Source of the DNA: Amoebidium appalachense
Lineage: Eukaryota > Protista > Ichthyosporea
DNA length: 64,000 nucleotides
Direction: 5' to 3'
Assembly (NCBI GenBank): GCA_963693365.1
Contig: CAVNZM010000011.1
Span: 5,723,921-5,787,920 of the forward strand
A model generated the notes under the pieces. The model worked only from the letters and a program-made list of their open reading frames with translations, did not search any database and was not told the origin of the DNA. Each line of letters begins with the position of its first letter. Positions within the stretch are counted from its first letter, which is position 1. The position numbers and the translations under genes were made by a program. Shown here piece after piece: positions 30,670 through 44,518 of the stretch.

Positions 30670-31262
30670 ATGTTATTAACCCGGCTGGCAACCACCCGTG
30701 CCGGCCCTCTGGTAAAACATGCGCGCCGCTTGTCTATATTCACTCACCAAATACCAAAAGAGAGCGCATCTTTTCCAAGGAAAGCAGGTAACACCCATCT
30801 TTTGAGAATAGCGGCTGGGTTTCACACGACGAGATGGGTGTGGAAGGGGCAAGGAGGTGGGGACAACTGGGGTTCAAACAACAACGGCATGTGTCCAACT
30901 TGCAAGGTTCCTGTAGTAAGAGGTGGGTGTGCGTGTCCAGCACATGTACGCACGCGCGCATAGCCACATGTACTCACGTATGTCGACAGGCATTGCACAT
31001 GCAAGCATTATAGGCTTTTCTTCGTTCTCTCTCCCTCCCTCTCCTTTTCGTCTCTCCTCTCCCTCGGTTTTTCTTTGTTCTATTGCCTTCTATTGCCTTC
31101 TATTTTCTAAGATAATCACACAAACACAAACGCACATAAACACACCCACACACACAGACACATAGACAGGCACACACAAACACACACACACACTCTCACT
31201 CATTCACTCACTCACTCACTCACTCACTCACTACTCACACACCCACACATTCACACAGCCCC

Positions 31263-31303
<41 letters not shown>

Positions 31304-32912
31304 TTCCTCTCCCAACCAACACCCACCCACACACACACAGCGCCTTTCGCCACATTGCTCCTATGTTTATTACTCACAGTGCCCCCCCCCCCCCCCCCCC
31401 CCCCCTCCCCGCCCCACACACACACCCCACACCTACTCATAACACACCGTTTTTCTTAAAATGCAAAGTTCATGCTCCTGTTTAGTCGTTTTCCTCAATG
31501 GGTAACCCGCACTGCCAGTGCCCCCCCCCCCCCCCCGTCCCCACCTCATCCCATCTTCCTCTCTCCATCCACCCCTTCCCCCCTCCTCCCTCCGGTTCCT
31601 GCCGGCCTCCCCCCCTCCCCCCCCCCCTCCCCCCCCAAAGTTGCACCATTCACCCACCCACTCTGCCACCTCGCTTTTATTAAAGCAGGCACATGGGGGT
31701 GTTATGTTACCATGGGAACTAACACATCCCCCCCCCCCCCCCTCCCCCCCTCCCCCCTCTCCCCCTCCCCCCACTCCCCCCCCCCCCCCCCCGGATGGTG
31801 GAGATTCTCTCACCGTTTAAAGCGTACATCGCTCAGGGCCCCCCCCCCTCCCCCCCCCCCCCCCCCTCTCCTAACTCCCCATGCTCATCTCCCCCTTTAT
31901 TCCCTCGAGGCTGGGCTCTGCTCATGATGCATGCTTTCTGTGTGTTCGGCAACTTCTGCATTGTGTTGTCCGTCGTGAACGTGTTCTTCATACTCTGTAA
32001 CACATGCCTAACCCCTTCCCCCCTCTCCCCTCCCCCTGCCCCCCCCCCCCCCCCCCCCCCCCCCCATACACACACATCCTTCCCCCCCCCCCCCCCCCCC
32101 TTTTTTTATTTTTATTTTTATTTTTTCTTTATTTTTTGCAGAACCGAACATCCCATTCAGTAAATGCCCGCAGTGCCACATGCTCTATTCGATCACACAC
32201 GAACCGAAACCCGAAGAGGTGCCAATTTACGAGAGAAAGGAGCCTCTGTCGGAGCTGATTGCCCCTAGCAAGGTGCGGTTTTTGGATCTGATTTTTACCG
32301 GATTTTGCATCTGCTGTCAAATGACCCCTAAATACCCGTTTTTTATATTGCAGGGTTTGTTTATTTTTTGGGGGGGGTGGGGGGGGGGGGTGGGGGGAGG
32401 GGGGGGGGGGGGGGGGGGGGAGAGAGGGGGGGGGGGTGGGGAGGAGAGGGGTGAGGGGTGTATTTTGTTTTCTTGGTCATTGTGGTTATTATTATCATTT
32501 TTTGAGGTCGAAGGGACCGGTGGGAGGGGGGGGATGTGGGGTTGTGCTGGGTGTGCACGGTTTAATGGAGGACAGAAAGCTTGTGGGCGTGGGGGATGAA
32601 TGTTTTTCTTTGGATCTTAATGATAGAAACGCGATGGCGAGCATGGCCGTGTGTGCGCGAGTACATGTATCTGTAGTGTTTGTCTGTGTGTTTGTGTGTG
32701 TGTGTGCGTGCGCTCGTGCGCGGTTGGGTCTCGCGTGTGTGTGCATGTGTGTGTGCGTGCGTGCATGCCTGCATGCATGTGCCCGAGGGGCCGGGGTGGT
32801 GGGGGGATGGTGGGAGGGGGGAGGGGGGGAGGGAGGGGAGGAGAAGGGGGCGGTGGGTTTTTTTGGGATGGAGAAGGGGGTGGGGGTGGGGGTGGTGTGT
32901 GTGTGTGTGAGT

Positions 32913-32944
<32 letters not shown>

Positions 32945-33196
32945 CTGTGTGTGCGTGTGTCTGTGCGTGTGTGTGTGTGTGTGTGTGTATGTTTTGGGGG
33001 GGGAGGGGGGGGGAGAGGCAGATTTGAGCTTGCACAGGTGAACGTACCCACACGGAGACAGTCAAAGACTGGCACACACATGTATATACGTCCTCCCCAC
33101 CTCTTTTTCCAAATAGATTTACTCACTCCCCCCAACCCTTCCTCCGACACATGCACATTTATACACAAACACACACACACACACATGTACACTCAC

Positions 33197-33258
<62 letters not shown>

Positions 33259-33261
33259 CCA

Positions 33262-33318
<57 letters not shown>

Positions 33319-33730
33319 GCACACACACGCACCCCCCTCCCACACACACACACACACGCTTGCACACACACAGATCAAGGACTATCTGGACCACCACGTG
33401 ATCGGGCAAGAGCACGCCAAGACCGTATTGGCTGTTGCGGTTTATAATCATTATAAGCGCCTTCGTCTATTGGCCGAACGGCAGCATAGGGAGGATGAGG
33501 CAAACAGGAGAGAAAACATGTTCTATACGCAGGTAGGTACAGTATAAACACCGAATCTCAATAACGATCGATATTTTGTGTTTCTTGGCATAGTTCGATG
33601 GCCCCAGGTGCTTTATTAGTTCTTTCCATTCTTCCCTCCTTTCCTTTTACGCAAATGATACGTGAGAGCACATCGGAACACTTGTGCAGCCGCATGTGTG
33701 CGTGCCCATACCCCACCACCACCACAACCA

Positions 33731-33779
<49 letters not shown>

Positions 33780-34804
33780 CACAAATCCACACACACACGC
33801 ACACACACACACCCTACACTCACACATACACAAACACACATACTCACCAGCACACCCAGGCATTCATATAGGGAATTGCACGTGCACACACACACACACG
33901 TCCGCTCACGCACAAAAATATTTATTAGCCAATTGTGTGGCAAGGCATCACATAGATGTTAAGACTCTACCGCACGCAGGAATTTTTAATTTTTTCTTTT
34001 TGCCGGGTGCTGTGGTGCGGGCAGCGTCCAGAAGAAGCAGGGGGGAAGCGGGCGGGGCGGGCGGGCGGGCGGACGGGCGGGCGGGCGGGGCGGGCGGGAA
34101 GGGGGGGGGAGGGGGGGGGGAAGGGGGGGGGGGAGGAAGGGAGGGAGGGTGTGTGCCTGTTTCATAGACTACGGTGCTACGAACAGAAGCTCTTCTTTTT
34201 TCATAATGTCTATCCGTCTTATTCACAATACCATCTCCCTAATCATATTACCTATCCCCTAATCAATCATATTACCTATCCCCCTAATCTTATTGTCTAT
34301 CACTCTATCATAATATCTCTCCCCCAATTATAATGCCTAATCTCTCTCACAGCCGCAGGCACAATCGAACCCACCTGCACCAGGCTATCACTATGACGCA
34401 GTCACAGGCACAAACGAAGGTGCTTTACCCCCCCCCCCCCAAAAAAAAAAAATAAATAAATAAATAAATAAATAAATAAAAAATAAAATAAAGATAAAAA
34501 AGAAAAAAATGGAAAAAGAAACTACCAGCATTGCCACTGCCTTTGTGGTTGCGGTCGCCGCCTACCTCCCCCCCCCCCCCTCCCCCCCCCTCCCCCCCCC
34601 TCCCCCTCCCCCCCCCCCCCCCCCCCCCCCCACCCGCCGCCCGCCCGCGCTCCTCCTTCCTCCCTCCCTATCTACCCTAAGCACACATTGGAAGGCGATA
34701 TGGGCACTCATGTTCTCATGCAGCATACTCAGGCGGGCACAAACCCACGAGCAACCAAGCACACATACACGCACGGAAGACGCACGCACACACACGCGCG
34801 CGCG

Positions 34805-34865
<61 letters not shown>

Positions 34866-35112
34866 GGGCGCACACACACGCCCTGTCAGGGTTATTAGGT
34901 TAGGCCAAAAGCAGGCCAGATCGGGTAGTAGCAGCCCTGAAGTGGGACGAGATGGGGTTTGAGGAGGGGGGTGGGGGTGGGAAGGGGGAAGGAGGGAGGG
35001 AGGGGGTGGGGGTGGGGTGGGGGTGGGGGGGTAGGGTGGGAGGGGGGAGTGATTCTTGTTGATTCGTGTCAGAATCACCCTGCGTGGGTCCCGGGCGTGT
35101 GGGTGGGTGGGT

Positions 35113-35206
<94 letters not shown>

Positions 35207-35940
35207 GGGGGGGGGGGGGGGGGGGGTAAGAAGTAAGAAGGGAGGCCCGAAACAAGGCAAGGGAACAGATGCCCAGATGCTTGATTCGCAGAAGCAACAG
35301 AACTCCTTTTTTTCTTTTTTTTTTCGTTTTTTTTTTCGCTCTCTCTCTCCTCTTCTTTTTAATTTTTTTTTTTTCTTTTTTTTTTTTTTGGTTGGTCGTG
35401 GTGGTGATTGCGAAGGGGGGGAGGGGGGGGGGGGGGGGGAGAGAGAGAGAGAAGGGCAAGAGGCTTGTTCTGATACACCTCCCCGTTCCCCTTTACATCT
35501 CGGTTTGGAGCAGATACCGAATGGAATGCAGATAAGGTAACACACCTCATAATCCCATAATCTCGTATTCCCATTATCCCATAATCCCACAATCCCATTA
35601 TCCCATTATCCCATAACCCCATACTCCCATAATCCCACAACCTCAAAGCCCCATAGCCCCATATTCCCACACCTAATGCGTAGCCCCCTACCTTGTGCCG
35701 TGCACCAGCAATTTATGCCTTAGGAACGTCTTTGTCGGGAGATAGTACCCATCTCTCTCTTTTTTTTTTTTTTTTTTCATTTAAGTCCTCTTTGTGTATG
35801 CGGATGCATGTCTTTGGCAGGTGGATGCACAAGCAGGAGGGGGTGGGTGGAGGGGGAGGGGGAGGGGGAGGGGGGGGGGGGGGGATGGCAGGGGATAGAT
35901 AGGGAGATGAACCGAGGCAACACAAGGTCGGTTGGTCATG

Positions 35941-36027
<87 letters not shown>

Positions 36028-36072
36028 TAGATAGGGAGATGAACCGAGGCAACACAAGGTCGGTTGGTCATT

Positions 36073-36136
<64 letters not shown>

Positions 36137-36170
36137 TGTGTGTTCTTTTCTATTCTTTTCTCCCAGCCCC

Positions 36171-36209
<39 letters not shown>

Positions 36210-36997
36210 CAACAACAACAACCAACCACCACCACCAGCCCCTCAGTTTTCGTGAGTTCTTTTGCATGTGTGATGTGGGTAAGCTCAGGAATCAAGATGA
36301 AAGATAGGAATTAGGAAAAAGCGGATGGAGGCAAGGGAATACACTTCTGTTAGCCATAGAGAAAATCTCAATCTGAAACCCCCCCCCCCCCCCCCCCCCC
36401 TCCCCCTCCCCCCCCCCCCCCCCCCCCAAAAAAAAAAAAAAAAAAAAAAAAAACCGATCAAATTAGATAAGTAGACAAATACCCTTATGAATACATAGAT
36501 AAGTGACAGAAAAAAGTAGAAAACATGATGGTCGATTGCATGTCTTTTGTTTTGTCGCTACAATCACTTGGTTGCATCACGCCCCAGGTGCCCACCCGAG
36601 GAGGGGAGGCTGAGGTGATACGCAAGTTTTACGAGGGAGATATCCCGCCCAAACAGCGCAGGAAACGACGAAACCTGATGGATAACACCCAAATTTCGCA
36701 GACGGCAACAGGACGGGATAACTGCGCAGCCACTACCGAGGAAAGCGAGTGGAGTGATATTACCGAGGGAGAGGGGGAAGAGGAGGGAGAATGGGACGAG
36801 GAAGCTGAGATACAACAGAGGGTGCTGCAGGATGATATCGAGTTGAAGGATGTGGAGCTGGATAAGAGCAACATTATGCTGTTTGGCCCCACGGGGTGTG
36901 GTGGGTTTCCCTCGTTGTTGTTTTCCCCCTTGTTGTAGTTTTCCCTCGTTGTTGTTTTCCTCCGTTGTTGTAGCTTTCCCTCGTCCTCCCCCCCCCT

Positions 36998-37028
<31 letters not shown>

Positions 37029-37912
37029 ACACACACACACACACACACCACCCCCACCCTCTTGTTGTTTTCCCTCGTTTTTGTATCTCCCTTCGTTGTT
37101 TTCCATCATCCTTTTCACCCTTGTTGTTTCCCCTCCCTTGTAAATCTGTCTCGTGTTTCCTTCCCCCCTCTGCTTTAGCCGTAGGTTTGTTCCCGCAGTC
37201 TGTTTGCCCGTTGTTTTCTTGTTTCCACCCCATTATCTTGGTTGTATTGGTTTTGCTGTATTGATCGTGATAGTATGTGGTGGAAAAAATGAGGTGCTGG
37301 GTAACAAAAAATGCACACTAGAGCTTGAAAGGGAAAACCTATGCTGAAGCATGAAACAATACACACACGGTGAAACATGAAACAGAAACAGAAAGGGAAA
37401 CAAAAAACAAAAAGCTAACTAAAAAAAAACAAAAAAAAAAATGAAAGATGGCCAAACACGGAACTAAATAGCTATCACTGAACTTAAAGCGCACACTGAA
37501 AAAAAGGAAGCAAAAACAACCTGCTGAAAACGTGCAACCAAAAACACACAAACGGAAAACGTTTAACAGGCAAAAAAAAGGAGAAAACAAAAGAAGCTCA
37601 CACGAACATATACATAAAAACGCAGGCAAAACACTTATGGCGCGTCGACTCGGGGAGGCTCTTGATGTGCCGGTGGTGGTGTGTGACTGCACGTCACTCA
37701 CACAGGCAGGGTACGTGGGGGATGACGTCGACTCGGTCGTGCACAAGCTACTGCAGGTGTGTACGTGTGTGTGTGTGTGTGTGTTTGGGTGGGGGGGTGG
37801 GGGGAGGGGAGGGGGGGAAAGGAGGGGGGGGTGTGTGTGTGTGTGGTGTGTTTTGGGGGGGGGGGGGGGGGGGGAGGGAGGGAAGATGGGGGGAGGGGAA
37901 GTGATGGGAGGA

Positions 37913-37964
<52 letters not shown>

Positions 37965-38076
37965 TGGGAAATGGGGGAGTTGGGGGTCAGGGGGGATGAG
38001 GGGGGGAGGGGGGGCAGGGGGAAGAGGGGGGGGGAGGGAAGTGAGGGGAGGGGATGTGTGTGTGTGTGTGGGAGGA

Positions 38077-38129
<53 letters not shown>

Positions 38130-38226
38130 TTTTGGGAAATGGGGGAGTTGGGGGTCAGGGGGAAGAGGGGGGAGGGGGGGCAGGGGGAAGAGGGGGGGGG
38201 GGGGAAGGGAGGGGAGGGGGATGTGT

Positions 38227-38257
<31 letters not shown>

Positions 38258-38428
38258 GGGGGAGGGGGAAGGGGGGGATGGGGTGGTGTGTGTTTTTTTT
38301 CGTGTGTGTGTGTGTGTGTGTGTGTGTGGTTGGGTGGGTGGCTGGGTGTGTGGGTGGTGGTGGGGGGAGGGGGGTGGGGAGGGGGGGGAGGGGAGGTTGT
38401 GTGTTGTGTGTGTGCGCGCGCGGACATG

Positions 38429-38519
<91 letters not shown>

Positions 38520-39290
38520 ACGCGCGCGCGCGCGTGTGGGAGGGGGGAAGGGGCTTCGGGGGGGAAGGGGGGGGGGGGGGGGGGGGGGGGGGGCGTAGGG
38601 TTGAATGTTTTTTCCCCCTTACTTCTTAAGTAGCGCAAGGTCGTATGTTTGTGCATGTAGACATACGAGGCGCGCATCCATGTACATGCATGGCACAAAC
38701 CCGGTCCCGTATACATAATCCTACAACGAATTTAGAAGCTTACCACTGATTATTATTGTTTTACCTTTTTTCTTTTTTCCCCCTCTTTTCCCTTCCTTGG
38801 AGAAAAGGATGGAGGGGGGAGGGTGAGGGAAGGGGGTAGAGGAGGGGGGAGGGATTCTATGAGTTAATAGTCTACTCTTCAAACCCCCCCCCCCCCCTCC
38901 CCCCCCCCCCCCCCCCTCCCTCCTCTCTCTCTCTCCCCCCCCCTCTCATTCCCAACTCCTTTCCACCATCTAAACTCACTTAAAACATGCATGTGCGCCC
39001 TCTAGGCTGCCGACTACGATGTCGAACTTGCCCAACGGGGTATCATCTTCCTGGATGAGGTCGATAAGATTGCAAGACCGATGAACAGTGGTGCTGTGAG
39101 AGATGTGGGTGGAGAGGGTGTGCAGCAAGGTGTGTGTGTGTGTGTGGGGTGGGGGGGGGGGGGGGGGGGGGGGGGGGAAGGGGGGGGTTGATGGGGGAGG
39201 GGTGGGTGTGTGTGTGTGGGGGGGGGGGGGGGGGGGGGAAGGGAGGATGTGAGAGGGTGTGTGTGTGTGGGGGGGGGGGGGGGGAGAGGG

Positions 39291-39384
<94 letters not shown>

Positions 39385-39972
39385 GCGTGTGTGTGCGTGC
39401 TTGTGTGTGCGTGTGTGTGTGTGGATTTTTTATTTACGTTTTTTTTGGGGGCTTGGGGGGGGGTTTGGGGGGTTGAGTATGTGTCGTTGGCGTGTTATTG
39501 GTGGGTGAATGTGTGTGTGGTGTGCGTGTGTGGTGGTGGGGGTGGGGGTGGTGGTGGTGGTGATGGTGGGGGGGGGGAGGATGAGTGTGGGTCGTGATCC
39601 TCTTGTCTTTTGACAGTTCAAGGGGGGGGGGGGGGGGGGGGAAGGCGGGGGGGTACCCCTGCATTGAAGCTACAAAGCAAGGTGGTGAGAGTTTTTCCTA
39701 ATTCTGCTGTGGGGAGGGGAGAGGGTGGGGGGGGGGGGGGGGGGGGAGCTTGTACGTGTGTAGATAATGAGGCAACTGGGGATGTCGAAGGAAAGGTTCG
39801 ATCAGTGGATGTGGGTGTATGAGCGGGGTGAGAGGGGGGAGAGGGGGGAGGGGAAGAGGGGGGGGGGGAGGGGGGAGGGGCAGGAGGGATTGAAAGAAGG
39901 TGTGGGTGAGTGATGTGAGCATGGTTTGTGTGGAGAAGTCCGGATGGTGGTGGTGGTGGTGTGGGTGTGTGT

Positions 39973-40005
<33 letters not shown>

Positions 40006-40216
40006 TGGATGGAGTAGACTGGGAAACTAGGGGAAAGAGAGGGGGGGGATGGGGGAGAGCGAGAGAAAAAGGAATTTGAAAACGAAATTTATCAATATTT
40101 GTTTGTTGGACTACAGGGCTGCTGAAGATCCTTGAGGGCACGATGGTCAATGTGCAGGAGGTGGGTGGCGGCAGCAACCCCAGGCAGAAGGGCAACGACG
40201 TCATACAGGTATTTGT

Positions 40217-40261
<45 letters not shown>

Positions 40262-40419
40262 CCCCTTTTCCCCTCGAAGGGTTGGGTACTGTGGATGACT
40301 TGAGCCCAGCCTGAGGATGGGGTCTGCTTGTGGTGTATGGTCACTGTGTGTGCTTTGCAAAATCCGCATCGTGTGTCATGAATGTGTACTTCGCATTATG
40401 AGACACATGCAAACCTCCT

Positions 40420-40453
<34 letters not shown>

Positions 40454-41366
40454 TTCCCTCCTCGTCCGGCGGCTGTGGGGTGGGTTGCTTCTCGTCTGAG
40501 CCTTATGTTGACGATGAAATAGACAGTGTTTTACAATGTCGGACGAACCAGCTGTGAATATGAAAAAGGGAATGGGGTAAGAAAATTTGTATCATATTTA
40601 TATTTCGTTATCTATTGCATGTTGCTCATTGTCTGGATCTTTATCTAAAGTGTTGTTTACTTGATGCTGCGGCGCGCTTGATCACATACTCCTACATATT
40701 ATTTTCCATCAACAGCCGTCTAGCCCCCCAGCCAGCCGAGCCTCCCCCCCCCCCCCCCCCCCCCCCCTCCCCCCCCCCCCCTCCCCCCCCCCCCCAGCCC
40801 CCACCTCTCCCCCTGCCTGCCCGCCCGCCAGCCCCCACTCCCAAAAAAGCAAAAAAAAAAAAAAAAAAAAAAAAAGAAAGAAAGAAAGAAAGAATCCAGT
40901 CGTTCCACGTTGATATCTCGCATCCTCTTTTTCGTTCCACGCTGATATCTCGCATCCTCTTTTTGTGACCACAGGTGGACACCACCAACATCCTATTTAT
41001 AGCCTCTGGTGCATTCGTGGGCCTGGACCGGTTGGTCAACGAACGCACGTTGGAATCGGTAAGTCATTTCTATTTCGATGGTCCCCTTACCTGGTGGAAT
41101 TTAGTTGTGAAATATAGTTAGTTTTTTTTTTTTTTTTTTGGAATGTCTCCTTCTGGCGTCTGTTTTCGCGTCGTCTATGCAAAACTGATTCCCGCTCCCA
41201 ACGCCCGGCTAGCTCAGTCGGTAGAGCGCGAGACTCTTAATCTCGCGGTCGTGGGTTCGAGCCCCACGTTGGGCGTCTGTTTTTTTCCGTCCATTTTTTC
41301 ATTTTTTTCTTTGCTTTTGTTTGCCCTCAAATGTTGCTGTCATTCTTTTTTCTTTTCTTCCCTCCT

Positions 41367-41405
<39 letters not shown>

Positions 41406-41505
41406 TTTGTCTTTTTTGTTTTTTATTTATTTACCCCCCCCCCAGCCTCCTTGTCTTTTTTTTTTATTATTTAAAAAAAAAATGTTTTTTTTTTTTTTGC
41501 TTTGT

Positions 41506-41557
<52 letters not shown>

Positions 41558-41670
41558 GTGACGATATTAGAAAAAAATCATTCTCCTTGCTATCGGCATC
41601 ATCGGTGTTCCTGGCATCAAAGTTGTTCACTGTGAAGACCTTGCCCATAGGTACGAGTCGTATGAAAACA

Positions 41671-41735
<65 letters not shown>

Positions 41736-42772
41736 GAAGCAGGTGTAGAACATCGGTTTTGGGGTTTTGTTGCTTCGTTCTCCTGTAAACTTGTGATATA
41801 AATATCTAGGAGGCAGCAAGAGTACACGACGCTTAGTATTGATGACTGGATCAACTGGTGAATTGCTGTTGTGGCAATCTTTGTTTTAGTTCTCCGTTTT
41901 ATTTTTTTTTGCATTTTGTGGGTTTGGTCGGCTGGTTGGATTTGTGGTTGCAAGGCTCGTGTGATAACGAACTTGATTCTGGCGATCGCAAAGATGTTTT
42001 CCTTTCTGGCACGATGGCTTTGGTTGTGCAGTGCTGCCTATAGTAGTAATTCAATCTTTTGCGGGGCCCCGATGCATATGGCTTCTAAGTGGTGCTCTCT
42101 CTCATATTTGCAGCAGCAGTCTATGTGTAACTGTAAGGAATGCTTTGATGGTGCTTAAATTAGGGACAGAGAAAAAGGGAGGGGGGAGGAGGGTCAACAA
42201 AAAGGAACCCCGATGGGATGATACCAGACACGTTTTTTGATTCTGTGATGGAAGGTGATTGCACTTATCGGTTCTATATTGGTTTTCGTCATCATTCCCA
42301 ACGCCCGGCTAGCTCAGTCGGTAGAGCGCGAGACTCTTAATCTCGCGGTCGTGGGTTCGAGCCCCACGTTGGGCGCTTTTTTTTTTTTTTTTTTTTTTTC
42401 TTTCTCTTTTCTTCCCTCCCGGGGGAGGCTCTCCATGGTGTGTGCATGTGTGTGTGTGTGTGCGTGTGTGTGTGTGTGTTCAAGTTTTTGGTTTTGCCTC
42501 CTTTTATTCTTTTCTTTTGTTGGTGGCACTTACACTGAGTTGCTTCGCGTGAATCTAAATATCTAAATGCTCGGCAGTTTAGAGAACCAATGTCGTTCTC
42601 TAAACATCTAAAAGTCTGCTCGATTCGTGTAGAGCAGTTTAGAAACTAAATTATCTAGGTCGTAGATCGCAATTCTATTGGATAAGAGATATTTAGGCAG
42701 GTCCCAAGGACCAATCGTCTCATCCCAGACATCTAGAACCCCCCCCCCCCCCCCCCCCCCTCCCCCCCCCCT

Positions 42773-42804
<32 letters not shown>

Positions 42805-43079
42805 AGATGCGCCCATCTGGAAGAAGGCCAAAATCAATTTAGATTTTTTTATGCAAACTTTAAAAATTTAAGAGATCGATTGGAATGCGAAATGTTTATA
42901 CGTAAGTTTAACAATCAGATATTTAGATGTATAGATCCACACGATGCGACCCACTTTCTTTCCTCCTAGTGTTCAAGGCTTATTCATTACGAATACTGAG
43001 AAATTTCTTCTTTTCCACCCCAACCCACTCATGCACACACTCTTATTATTGGCGCATGCACGCACTTTCACTCACGTGT

Positions 43080-43160
<81 letters not shown>

Positions 43161-43689
43161 CACCAGTCTATTGGGTTCGGTGCTACTGTTCGTGCCCCAC
43201 AAGATGCCAACAAAGTCGACAACCAAGCAATCCTGAATGCCAGCCCAGACGATCTCGTATTCCCCCCCCTCCCCCTCCCCCCTCCTCCTCCCCCTTCCCC
43301 AAGCTCCCCTCCCTCCCTCCCCCCCTCCCTCCCCCCCCCCCCCCCCCCCCTTTCCCCACCCTTCTCCCCATCGTTTCCCCCAAAGGAGGAATAACTATGA
43401 ATACTACGAACAGTTATGATAGTAATGATGATGTTAGTGATAATGATACTTATAATATATTACAACAATAATATTAATAACAATGATAATAATAATGGTA
43501 ATAATAATACCACATTTTTACAACCATTATTATTGTTATAATGATGATGATCTTGTTGATAACAATAACAGCATAATATGCAGGCCGCTCCACGAAAGGG
43601 GGGTTCTTTATCTTCTTTTATCTTCCTTTCTTTCAACCCATAAATGTTAATATAACAGATAAGGAAACTGACCACCAACCAAGATCCCA

Positions 43690-43723
<34 letters not shown>

Positions 43724-44097
43724 ATTTTTTTCTTCCTCTTCCATCCTTTTTTCGTAAGTTTATCTTCCCTGCCGTGGACCTGGGGGGGGGGGGGGGGGGG
43801 GGGGGGAAGGGGGGTATATGTTGCTAACAGGTCACATGCAGATCCGCTACGGGTTAATACCGGAATTTGTCGGTCGTTTTCCGGTTCTCGTTGGGATGGA
43901 GGGGCTCGACAAGAAGTCACTTGTACGAATTCTGACGGAGCCAGACAATAGCATCATGGGGCAGTATTTTGCTCTGTTTGCCGCATCTGGCGTATGGATC
44001 CCCCCCCCCCCCCCCCCCTCCCCGTGCTGCTCCTCCCTTATCGTTTGCTTGCTTCTGCGTCATGGTTTTTCTCGTGTGTGGGTGGGTGGGTGTGTGT

Positions 44098-44172
<75 letters not shown>

Positions 44173-44442
44173 GTGTGTTTCTGTATATGTGTGTTGTTTT
44201 GTTCTCTTCAATGTTCTCACCCGCTAGTGTATATTTCCCCCCTCCTCCCCTACACCCATTAACAATCCTTTGCTTCTCTCGCCACCTCTCCCCTCCCCCC
44301 TCCCCTTCCCCCCTTCTCCACCCTTTCCCCCTCGCATCAAAATCCTCAATGTTCGTACATGACACAATTACACATATTCTACACCAGAGGGAGAGGGAAG
44401 GGGAACAGCGGCAAATGTGTGGGCGGGTCCGCACAAACACAC

Positions 44443-44518
<76 letters not shown>

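Noticed and set aside
36905-36990. Resemblance to the PacBio SMRTbell adapter (ttttcctccgttgttg)
   Set aside because: It is one unit of a local degenerate minisatellite and lacks the flanking ATCTCTCTC/GAGAGAGAT arms.
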